A model generated the notes under the pieces. The model did not search any database. It had not been told where the DNA came from and saw only the letters and a program-made list of their open reading frames with translations. DNA of 64,000 nucleotides from Escherichia phage FL38: the sequence record PP400784; one strand, given 5' to 3'. The position numbers were made by a program, and so were the translations under genes. Shown here piece after piece: positions 1 to 8,376 of the stretch (positions are counted from its first letter, which is position 1; every line of letters starts with the position of its first letter).

Positions 1-476
1 GATTTTAACTCGAACTCAAGTTCATAATGAGCAGTGTCGCCCAATCCTTCTCCTACTTTGCCATAATAGAAAGTGTCTTTGCACATTTCCACTATACCGC
101 AACCCATATCTAGAGTCAATGACTTGCGATATGTCATTACTTGCATTATTGTAGTGATATAGTCGGAGTTTACCCCTAGACTATCAATAAAATGGACGAA
201 CTCATCCCAATTTGAAAATGTCATTTCCTCGCGGTTGAATAGTCCAGATTCATTATCACCCATTTTGACCATGATCTCTGATTTTCTACAGTCAAGTCGT
301 GCATAAATTCCTTTTTGACGTAGCGCATGATCTTCGGTATCATAATAAAATTCGTGTTTTAATATGTTATCTCGATCGACGATATTATAACCGTCATACA
401 TTGCCACCCACAAATCACAGATGGTTTCGACGCCAATTTGTGAGTGTGCATAGTATTTTAACTCAAGTTCTTTCAT
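1..476 (-). CDS. CYTH-like domain protein, partial (start at 476, 3' end beyond window edge)
   Basis: Open frame on minus from ATG at 474-476 with no stop before position 1; N-terminus MKELELKYY (ExExK), FYYDTEDHALRQKGIYARLD and later HYELEFELK resemble CYTH/triphosphate-tunnel motifs; lies immediately downstream of rnh. Confidence 0.45.
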   Translation of the reverse strand, partial: MKELELKYYAHSQIGVETICDLWVAMYDGYNIVDRDNILKHEFYYDTEDHALRQKGIYARLDCRKSEIMVKMGDNESGLFNREEMTFSNWDEFVHFIDSLGVNSDYITTIMQVMTYRKSLTLDMGCGIVEMCKDTFYYGKVGEGLGDTAHYELEFELK

Positions 477-486
477 GTGTCAACCC

Positions 487-1434
487 TTAGAACTCACCAA
501 TTTTCTGCAACATTTTAACTAACGCATTTGTTACAAAATAGTTATAAATTTTACCGCGTGGTGCTGGTTTAGATTTCTCCCATGCTAACAAAATTTCATA
601 TTCGATGTTATCAGGAATAAATTCAAAATCAATAAGTTCGCGGTTTTCGTCAAAGCGTCGTGCTTCTTCCTCTGTCATCAAAGACTTTGGATCTTCGGCA
701 TCGAAAATTTGCTCTAACCATTTGGTTGCAATTGGTTTAGCTCGTTCTCCTTCCAGTCGTGAGATAATGAAATCACTACGGCACTTGATAGAAGCTACAC
801 CGTCTTTTGCGTCACCCTTAACACATTTTACCATAAGGTCTTTGTAAGGGCTACCATATTTGCATTTCTTCCACGCTTTCTGTACTGGCGACCACTGTTT
901 CACGTTTTTGTATTTGTGCAACTGTGTGTAGTCACCATCGCCTGAGTTGATCAGCACCTGGCGACCTTCGACAGAAAACTTTTTAGTTAACACAGCGATT
1001 ATATCATCCGCTTCAACTTTGTCAACCTTAATAACGTGATAAGGCATGTTCTCTTTAAACTCTTCGGTGATCTTATTGATCGCAGCAAAGATCATCTCCC
1101 AATCACGCGGATCTGCGTCTCGTTTTTCCTTACGGTTGCGTTTATAGTAAGGGGCGATATCACGTCGCCAGTAACCTTTACTTGAATCAAAGGCAAGTAC
1201 CGTAATTGGGTATTGCTCTTTGAATTTTGTCATATTATAACGCATGGTGTCAAGAATAAGATGACGAATCATGCCTTCATTAATAGGATCTTCCGGTTTA
1301 AAGGTATGCGAGATAGTAGCAATCATAAGCTGCGACATATCAATCAAATGCACACCTTCCGGCAGTTTATCTTCTGGATCATCGAAGAAATCATTAAGTG
1401 TAGCGGTAGTTTTTGTAAACGGGTTATACGTCAT
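487..1434 (-). CDS. rnh: RNase H (5'-3' exonuclease, FEN family)
   Basis: 315 aa; size and position (divergent from gene 34) match T4 rnh; FEN-like acidic motifs. Confidence 0.85.
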   Translation of the reverse strand: MTYNPFTKTTATLNDFFDDPEDKLPEGVHLIDMSQLMIATISHTFKPEDPINEGMIRHLILDTMRYNMTKFKEQYPITVLAFDSSKGYWRRDIAPYYKRNRKEKRDADPRDWEMIFAAINKITEEFKENMPYHVIKVDKVEADDIIAVLTKKFSVEGRQVLINSGDGDYTQLHKYKNVKQWSPVQKAWKKCKYGSPYKDLMVKCVKGDAKDGVASIKCRSDFIISRLEGERAKPIATKWLEQIFDAEDPKSLMTEEEARRFDENRELIDFEFIPDNIEYEILLAWEKSKPAPRGKIYNYFVTNALVKMLQKIGEF

Positions 1435-1436
1435 AA

Positions 1437-1622
1437 TTAAGTTCTCTCCACTCTCACAACAACATATTCGCCAAACGAGTTAGATACTTCACGATCATAC
1501 CCGTACTTCTCCATAACTCGCAGAATTGCATTGTTTAATTCAGCACGGAAATAATTATAATCCTTATCAGGGATTCTGTCAACTACCCATTTTGCACCTT
1601 CTGACAAATCAACTTTAACCAT
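1437..1622 (-). CDS. hypothetical protein (61 aa)
   Basis: ATG with AGAGGA SD upstream; stop abuts rnh start; divergent from gene 34. Confidence 0.5.
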   Translation of the reverse strand: MVKVDLSEGAKWVVDRIPDKDYNYFRAELNNAILRVMEKYGYDREVSNSFGEYVVVRVERT

Positions 1623-1660
1623 AATATATCATCCTCTTTTGTTTCTATCAAGCCTCATTT

Positions 1661-1668
1661 TATAAATA
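1661..1668 (+). promoter_or_regulatory. T4-type late promoter motif TATAAATA upstream of gene 34
   Basis: Exact TATAAATA ~30 nt upstream of gp34 ATG. Confidence 0.5.
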
Positions 1669-1696
1669 TGAACATACTATAAAAGGAGACCCAATA

Positions 1697-4600
1697 ATGG
1701 CAGATTTTTCTCAACATTTCAAGGCCACATTTGGCTTTGACGCTGGTAATGAAAAGGTCGTCAATGTAGCATTGGCTGATAAGAATGTCAACACCGATGC
1801 GATCAACGTTGAATTTTTCAATTACCATAATGGTATTACTCAGTATGACACAACTCGCGGTTATGATCAATACGGAACTACAATCTATCAAAACCGTCCG
1901 TATTATGCAAAAGAAGATATCACAAAACCAGCAGGTGATTTTGACCCGACTAAATGGCAAGCACTGCGCACGGACCCACGTTGGGATTATATTGCAGCAA
2001 CTTCCGGTGATACTCCTTTACAGTCTGGTGATTATATCGCAGCAGATGGTCAATTTGCAAACTTGACTTTCTCTATGCCAACTAAGCCAGCAGAGGGAGA
2101 CACTATAACAGTAAAAGATATCGGTGGCAAGTGTGGTGTTAACGAATTATCGTTCTTGAGTACAGGACATGAGTTTTACCATAACGGTAATGTGTATAAC
2201 CGAAAATGGTATTGCACTACCCCGTATGCAATGAACTATTTCATCTTTGTTCGTAATCGTTGGCATGTTTATCAGACAGGAACAGAGCCACGCGGTGTGT
2301 ACGCACAGCCAGCGATTGATGCTATTCAAATGCAGAATGGTGATCAGGTATTTCGTCGTAGTTCGTTGGGTAATATTACCTTAGTGCTTCCTAAGTTTGC
2401 CAACAATGGCGACATGATCCAGACTACAGACCTTGACGGATTAACCGCAACCAACCACGTTACGGTTAAAGTTCATGAGCACGCAGAAGAACAATCAATT
2501 GGCACGTCCGGTCTAAAAGAGATTATCGGTAAGCGTAGCGGTCATGGTGTATTCATCTTTGACAAGACGGAAAACTTATGGCGTTTGTGGGATGGTGATC
2601 AGTCTGTTCGTCTTAAACCGATCATCGATGACACTCGCTTGCAACCTAATAGCTATGTTGCTGTATTTGGTGATCGTGATGTTACTCTGACGCTGCCGAC
2701 CAATATCGAGCCGGGTGATCGTATTCAAGTTTCTATGCAGTATATGAACGGAAACCAGAATTGCCGTATTATCACCGCCACAGAGGATACAAAAATCCTT
2801 ATGCAGAAAAACATGGTTCAGTTTCCTAAGCGTAGCGAGTACCCATTCAATGGGACCGATACATGGACGGGAGTATCTGAATTGTCTTTCAACGCTGCAA
2901 ATGATTATGTACCTTATCTGGAGTTCTCTTATTCAGAAGGTGATGATGGTAAGAAATACTGGTTGGTGGCACATCCTCACCCGATTGTAGAACGAGTAGA
3001 TCCGACTCGTAAAGATCGTGTTGGTGTAATTGCACTGGCTACCCAAACTGAAACGAATAAAAACCATGAAGAGAATCCTAGCGACGAAGTTGCAGTAACA
3101 CCAAAAATGCTGGCTAATAAAACCGCCAACGAAACTCGACGCGGTATTGCTCGCATTGCGACTCAAGCGGAAACGCATCAAGATACTGGTTCCAACTTCC
3201 TGGATGATGTTATCGTTACGCCTAAAAAGTTAAATGACTGTGTTGCTACCGAAGCCCGTCGTGGTGTGATGGAAATTGCAACCCAGCACGAAACCAATGA
3301 AGGTTTAGACGATACCCGCGCTATTACTCCTAAGAAATTAGAAGAACGTCGCGCTTCCGAAGATCTCGCTGGTATTGCTGAAATTGTTCAGGCTGGCGGC
3401 AGTGCTGCCGCTCGACGTGGCGAAGCTGGTACAGGGATCTATAACATCAATGACCATGCTAAAATTGTTACGCCAAAAAACATCAACGAAGTCAAGGCGA
3501 CCGAAACTTCCCGTGGTGTTGGCTATCTGGCAACTGACGCGGAAGTGCAAGGGGCTACAGAATCAACCCCGCAAGATGCTTTACTCATCACGACTCGCAC
3601 GCTAACGAAACGTACTGCTACCGAATCGCGCACTGGTATCGCTGAAATTGCAACTCAGGAAGAAACAAACTTAGGTCAAAGTGATAACCATATCATCACG
3701 CCTAAAAAGTTGCATACTCGCCGCGCAACGGAAACTTTACACGGTTTAGCAGAAATTGCAACTCAGCCGGAGTTTGACGCAGGTCGTGACGATTCTCGCA
3801 TTTCTACCCCATTGAAGATTAAAACCTTCTTTGAGAATGCACAGCGTTTGAAAGTAGATCCGACTCAGGGGCTTAACCTTACTGGTGATTTGTGGCAAGG
3901 TATCATGATCAGCGGTCTGGATGCAACCGAAGACACAAAAGGTGTCGCTAAAGTTGCTACTACTCAGCTTACTGACGCTGGTCAAGATGATACTACAATC
4001 ATCACGCCTAAAAAGCTGCAAGGCAAAAAGGCCACCGAAGGTAAAGAAGGCATTATCCGAGTTGGTACTCAAGCCGAAACCGTGGCTGGTATTATGGACA
4101 ATGTAGCAATTTCTCCGAAGAACTTCAAATATGTTGTTCAGACAGAGGATACATGGAAAGCAACCGAAGCGCGTCGTGGCTTCTTGAAAGTTGCTACTCA
4201 GGAAAACTGTTTTGTTGGTGATAATCTGCAAGGTTCTACTCAAGAACTAGGAAACTACCAGCATGACGGAATTGCTGTTACTCCGAAAGGATTAAACTAC
4301 GCACTTGCTAATTTCTTACCTAAGATGGCAACCGCTCAGAATAGTTTGAAATTGGGTAACGTAGAGGCCGCTAAATGGGCGCGTAGAGACATTGACCAGA
4401 CCATAGAGAGCAATTACACGTTTAATAAAAAAGTTAACGTGAAGGGCGATTTAGAGTGCTTAAAATCAGGTTCCTTTGAAACTCTGTCTGTGACTAAGAA
4501 CTCGACCGATGTTCCGAGTAATGGTCATCTGGTGTTGGGTGAGCGTGGAGTTGACGGTCACACCGGAATTACTCTGCATGGCACAACCGCATCGGAAGGC

Positions 4601-5437
4601 ATGAAAAACTCTTGGTCTATTATCGTTGGTGGTACTGGAACAGCGCAAGTTGTTGATAGTGATGCTATCGCTTTCGGTAAAATCAATGATGGTGGAGTCG
4701 TTGAGCATTACGCCTTTGCTATGAAACACAATGGCGACGCGACAGCATATCGAGACTTTATTGCAGGTCGTAACCTGTATGCGAAACAAGGCGGTTTATA
4801 CATTGTTGACCAGTCTAATCCGGCAATGACTCGTTCCCCAGATGGTATGCTGAATATCGGTCACGGTGGAAGTGTTAACATCAAGGCAGGGCATCAAACG
4901 TTAACTACAGAGATCGCCGGACAGAAGTATCAGATCGTACATGCAGGAAACGCTGACGAAGTTCTTAACCGTCAGTTTGTTAAGAATGCTGGCGATACAA
5001 TGGTCGGTAAGCTGACTATGGATAATGCGCCTATTGTTTCTGTTAAGCATGAAGCTAGCGCGGCAACCGCTCCGGCAATCGGTAACATCGGTTTCTGGAA
5101 TATGCGAGTTACTACCCAGAACATCAAAGAAACTTATCCAGAGAAGAAAAACGGTACTCTGATGCAATGGGGTACTGACGCGGACGGGCTTACCCAGCTT
5201 TGGTCCCCTGATGGTACTCATAAACATTATATCCGTTCCGGTACTGGTGGTCAATGGACCGCATGGGGTGAAATTTACACCAAACAGAACAAGCCTACCG
5301 CTCAGGAAATTGGGGCAGTGGTTGCCGAAGGTGGTTTGATGAACTCTATGACGGTTCGTGATTGGATCAAAGTTGGTAATGTTAAAATCATCGCCAATAA
5401 TCTGACTCGTACCGTAGACTTTATCTGGGAAGACTAA
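1697..5437 (+). CDS. 34: long tail fibre proximal subunit gp34
   Basis: 1246 aa; position after rnh as in T4; internal tandem ATE..RG.AEIATQ..ITPKKL fibre repeats; strong SD AAAGGAG. Confidence 0.9.
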   Translation: MADFSQHFKATFGFDAGNEKVVNVALADKNVNTDAINVEFFNYHNGITQYDTTRGYDQYGTTIYQNRPYYAKEDITKPAGDFDPTKWQALRTDPRWDYIAATSGDTPLQSGDYIAADGQFANLTFSMPTKPAEGDTITVKDIGGKCGVNELSFLSTGHEFYHNGNVYNRKWYCTTPYAMNYFIFVRNRWHVYQTGTEPRGVYAQPAIDAIQMQNGDQVFRRSSLGNITLVLPKFANNGDMIQTTDLDGLTATNHVTVKVHEHAEEQSIGTSGLKEIIGKRSGHGVFIFDKTENLWRLWDGDQSVRLKPIIDDTRLQPNSYVAVFGDRDVTLTLPTNIEPGDRIQVSMQYMNGNQNCRIITATEDTKILMQKNMVQFPKRSEYPFNGTDTWTGVSELSFNAANDYVPYLEFSYSEGDDGKKYWLVAHPHPIVERVDPTRKDRVGVIALATQTETNKNHEENPSDEVAVTPKMLANKTANETRRGIARIATQAETHQDTGSNFLDDVIVTPKKLNDCVATEARRGVMEIATQHETNEGLDDTRAITPKKLEERRASEDLAGIAEIVQAGGSAAARRGEAGTGIYNINDHAKIVTPKNINEVKATETSRGVGYLATDAEVQGATESTPQDALLITTRTLTKRTATESRTGIAEIATQEETNLGQSDNHIITPKKLHTRRATETLHGLAEIATQPEFDAGRDDSRISTPLKIKTFFENAQRLKVDPTQGLNLTGDLWQGIMISGLDATEDTKGVAKVATTQLTDAGQDDTTIITPKKLQGKKATEGKEGIIRVGTQAETVAGIMDNVAISPKNFKYVVQTEDTWKATEARRGFLKVATQENCFVGDNLQGSTQELGNYQHDGIAVTPKGLNYALANFLPKMATAQNSLKLGNVEAAKWARRDIDQTIESNYTFNKKVNVKGDLECLKSGSFETLSVTKNSTDVPSNGHLVLGERGVDGHTGITLHGTTASEGMKNSWSIIVGGTGTAQVVDSDAIAFGKINDGGVVEHYAFAMKHNGDATAYRDFIAGRNLYAKQGGLYIVDQSNPAMTRSPDGMLNIGHGGSVNIKAGHQTLTTEIAGQKYQIVHAGNADEVLNRQFVKNAGDTMVGKLTMDNAPIVSVKHEASAATAPAIGNIGFWNMRVTTQNIKETYPEKKNGTLMQWGTDADGLTQLWSPDGTHKHYIRSGTGGQWTAWGEIYTKQNKPTAQEIGAVVAEGGLMNSMTVRDWIKVGNVKIIANNLTRTVDFIWED
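3010..4300 (+). repeat. in-frame tandem ~40-aa tail-fibre repeats within gp34 (about 9 copies)
   Basis: Repeated ...TPKKL....ATE.RRG.AEIATQ.E... units seen in the translation. Confidence 0.6.
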
Positions 5438-5442
5438 TTAAA

Positions 5443-5458
5443 GGGGGCGAAAGCCCCC
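5443..5458 (+). other. GC stem-loop GGGGGC-GAAA-GCCCCC between genes 34 and 35
   Basis: Perfect 6-bp stem with GNRA tetraloop GAAA; no U-tract, so not a classical terminator. Confidence 0.4.
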
Positions 5459-5470
5459 TATGGGGTTATT

Positions 5471-6610
5471 ATGACACAAGATATAGAATTACGCAATACT
5501 GGAATTAGGTTTGCGCATTTCGACGAAGACTCTGCGACATTTACCAGCATTTCAGAAAATAACTCTGTGATGTATAAGCTGGAAGTGCGCGGATCTAATG
5601 CGGATTCTACCAAACCAGCAAGGATTAGATTTAATGGAGTGGAGATCGTTGGCACTGGCTATGAAAATGGCCTAAATTTTAAAGTTCTTACTCCAACTGG
5701 ACAACTACACGAAGAAAAGGTATTCTATGGTCGCGGTGCTGTTTTGGCAATGCGTGATTATCTTTCTTTGCTGAAAGGTGACTATATCATTGCGATGGCA
5801 ACGCATGGAGAATTGTTTGCAGATCCGATCAGTGATGGTGTATTCTCTAAGCTGGGATCTGTATCATTCCCGAATCACATTTTGCTACAGCAAATGCCTC
5901 GTGTATCCTATGCAGCAATTTATTCTACTAAAATGGGTAAAATTGTGTGCGAAGGGATGCAAGCAACTCACGGGGAAGGACAAGATTCATCTATACAAAT
6001 TGAGAAAGTCTATGATACTATAGATGATCTTGCTATAACAGGAACACCACAACGATTTTTAGATTATCCGGTTGAGTATGTTAGCGAAGATTCCGAACAT
6101 TTCGAGCTAATACAATGGCCTCGTGATGAGACCAGCGCCCCACTTGAGGATTTTAACATAAAGGCAGGTGACAAACTATCAATATCCTTTGAATTGTTCC
6201 GTGATAGTGCCGCAGCCGCAGCCAACGTAACAGCGCGTTTCTATCACAACTACTTCACCGATGGACAATATCAAACTGGTGTTCGATACAATGCCAGCAA
6301 AAAAGACCAATGGGAAAAGTTTGAAGCCGTCTATACCGTACCGGAAGGAGTTGATAGTGTAGTAACTGGTTGTATCAGATATCCAACCAACTCCAATGAA
6401 GGTATTGTTAAAATTAGAAACATACTAATAACGCCGATCAGTGGAGTCGTCAAAACTACTGGTCCTACTTCATTTGGTGTTAATGGTGTTAGAACAACTC
6501 ATATTCAGGATAACGGTGATTTTACTAACCCTGTAATGAGTCTTCTTAAACTACCCAGAGATAATAAACACATCACATCCAACAACTTTAAAGAGTTCGA
6601 TGTTGATTAA
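5471..6610 (+). CDS. 35: long tail fibre hinge/connector gp35
   Basis: 379 aa (T4 gp35 is 372 aa), between 34 and 36. Confidence 0.75.
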   Translation: MTQDIELRNTGIRFAHFDEDSATFTSISENNSVMYKLEVRGSNADSTKPARIRFNGVEIVGTGYENGLNFKVLTPTGQLHEEKVFYGRGAVLAMRDYLSLLKGDYIIAMATHGELFADPISDGVFSKLGSVSFPNHILLQQMPRVSYAAIYSTKMGKIVCEGMQATHGEGQDSSIQIEKVYDTIDDLAITGTPQRFLDYPVEYVSEDSEHFELIQWPRDETSAPLEDFNIKAGDKLSISFELFRDSAAAAANVTARFYHNYFTDGQYQTGVRYNASKKDQWEKFEAVYTVPEGVDSVVTGCIRYPTNSNEGIVKIRNILITPISGVVKTTGPTSFGVNGVRTTHIQDNGDFTNPVMSLLKLPRDNKHITSNNFKEFDVD

Positions 6611-6622
6611 CATTTTTTAACA

Positions 6623-6652
6623 AGCCGATCCATGTGGTCGGCTTTATTTTTA
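6623..6652 (+). terminator. intrinsic terminator after gene 35
   Basis: AGCCGA-(9 nt)-TCGGCT stem followed by TTTATTTTTAT. Confidence 0.6.
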
Positions 6653-6773
6653 TACAGTTGGTTAAAATGTAACCAAAACGAAGAAAGATCTTTAGAATAA
6701 TAGAAAATTTGTTTCGGTTAAAAATTAGTCAGTGCCTACGGCACGTCGCGAAGCGATATTTTTGTTAACATTC

Positions 6774-6781
6774 TATAAATA
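6774..6781 (+). promoter_or_regulatory. T4-type late promoter motif TATAAATA upstream of gene 36
   Basis: Exact TATAAATA ~35 nt upstream of gp36 ATG. Confidence 0.5.
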
Positions 6782-6815
6782 CTCGGAACTATAACTAATT
6801 TTTTGAGGTTACTTT

Positions 6816-8306
6816 ATGGCAGATTTGAAATATGGATCTACTGTAGGTGGATCTCCCATTTGGACGCAAGGAAACTTGACGATCCAGCCAGCGGGGGATC
6901 AGCTTTTCTACAAAGGTCATAAAATCTATACCGCTTTTGATAGACCTTCGGCTACCGATTTTGATGCTGTTAGTGCATCCGAAGGTGGCACATTTCAAAA
7001 GCAAGTTCATTTCGAGGAAGGTTTAAGCGTAGGTAGCGCATCGGCTGGAGAAACCAAAAAGAATGGTATCTTTAAAGGTCAGAGCGACGCTGCTAATTTT
7101 GACGGCGTAAGCTGGGGTTTGCATTCATGGAAGTCAATCGGCTTTGTTAATGCCCGTGATGGCGTTATTATGGCGTATATTGACACCACAACGGGCGAAT
7201 TTAAGTCTAAAGGGACTATCGAAGGGACAACCATTAAAGACACAGGTCAACGCGTCTATAGCCCTGTTAATAAACCAACGAATAATGATTTAGATTTGGT
7301 GTCTCGTCGCGGTGATACCCTCACAGGAACATATAATTTAAACACTGTCACTGTTAAACTATCGGTTGATTCGAAATTAATTGCAAGGGAACGTGATTTA
7401 ATTAATTTTGATGCGACTAAGATCTATTATGGTAACGTTCTTGACACGTTGGTCTTCCGAAGTAAAGATGAGCCTACCATTTTTGTTAATGACAGAGAAG
7501 GTCGTTTTTATCACACCAACAATAAACCAACTAAAGCCGATGTTGGACTAGGCAATGTCACCAATGATGCACAGGTTAAACGTGCTGGTGATATTATGGA
7601 AGGTAACTTGCAAGCGCCTAGAATGTTGGCGACAAACGATCCTGCTGGTCCTAATGAATTGGTTCGTTTGAGCTACTTTGAGAGAAAATCAATGGTAGCA
7701 AATCCAACCATCATTGGAAACGTTGATTGGAACACTCTTATTAATCGCGGTATCTATCGTGTGGAAAATGCTGGATCAGGTACTAATAAACCGTCTGATA
7801 GCTATTATAACGGCGTTTTGATGGTATATCGCCCAGAAGATGCTGTTGGTACTCGTCGAATTGTTCAGGTGTATTATCCTGAATCTATTGACCATCCGAT
7901 GTGCTGGCGTTCGTGTTCTAATGAATCATGGACTGCATGGAACTATGTAGATCACCGTAAATTGGCTGATATTCTCTATGTTAACGTCACTGGCGATACC
8001 ATGACAGGACCGTTAACTGTTCCGGCTGCAAACGGTGTTAGAACAGCTAAAACTAACTATAACGGGGATAACTGTTATGCGGCGTTAAGCGGTGCTGATG
8101 GTACTGCTATGATTCACCGCATTAGTGATATTAAAGGGACCGAAAAGCTGGGGATCACCCACGACTCAAAGGTCGTGTTTTTCCGTTCTCGAAACAATAC
8201 TCAAACCGTGGACCGCTATCAGCTTTATCATGAAGGTAATAAACCTACTCCGGCTGATGTTGGAGCGGTTCCACTTAATGCGGTGATTGATTTTGGTACT
8301 TTCTAA
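6816..8306 (+). CDS. 36: long tail fibre distal subunit gp36 (enlarged, 496 aa)
   Basis: N-terminus MADLKYGSTVGGSPIWTQGN matches the T4 gp36 N-terminus; position between 35 and 37. Confidence 0.75.
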   Translation: MADLKYGSTVGGSPIWTQGNLTIQPAGDQLFYKGHKIYTAFDRPSATDFDAVSASEGGTFQKQVHFEEGLSVGSASAGETKKNGIFKGQSDAANFDGVSWGLHSWKSIGFVNARDGVIMAYIDTTTGEFKSKGTIEGTTIKDTGQRVYSPVNKPTNNDLDLVSRRGDTLTGTYNLNTVTVKLSVDSKLIARERDLINFDATKIYYGNVLDTLVFRSKDEPTIFVNDREGRFYHTNNKPTKADVGLGNVTNDAQVKRAGDIMEGNLQAPRMLATNDPAGPNELVRLSYFERKSMVANPTIIGNVDWNTLINRGIYRVENAGSGTNKPSDSYYNGVLMVYRPEDAVGTRRIVQVYYPESIDHPMCWRSCSNESWTAWNYVDHRKLADILYVNVTGDTMTGPLTVPAANGVRTAKTNYNGDNCYAALSGADGTAMIHRISDIKGTEKLGITHDSKVVFFRSRNNTQTVDRYQLYHEGNKPTPADVGAVPLNAVIDFGTF

Positions 8307-8310
8307 TTTT

Positions 8311-8336
8311 AGCGGGGATTATCTCCCCGCTTTTCT
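8311..8336 (+). terminator. stem-loop/terminator after gene 36
   Basis: AGCGGGGA-TTATC-TCCCCGCT followed by TTTTCT. Confidence 0.5.
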
Positions 8337-8376
8337 AAATAATATTATTCTAATAACCGTTTAAGGATTTTATAAA

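Noticed and set aside
299-490. 63-aa plus-strand ORF at the left edge
   Set aside because: Lies antisense within the CYTH-like minus-strand ORF; no ribosome-binding site.
605-1483. Plus-strand ORFs 605..847, 1213..1440 and 1271..1483
   Set aside because: All are antisense inside rnh or the adjacent small gene, whose identities are well supported.
8340-8376. Late promoter upstream of gene 37
   Set aside because: Only imperfect TATAAATA-like strings (CTAAATAA, TATAAAAT) occur, one too close to the ATG; gene 37 may be co-transcribed from the gene 36 promoter through the 8311 hairpin.
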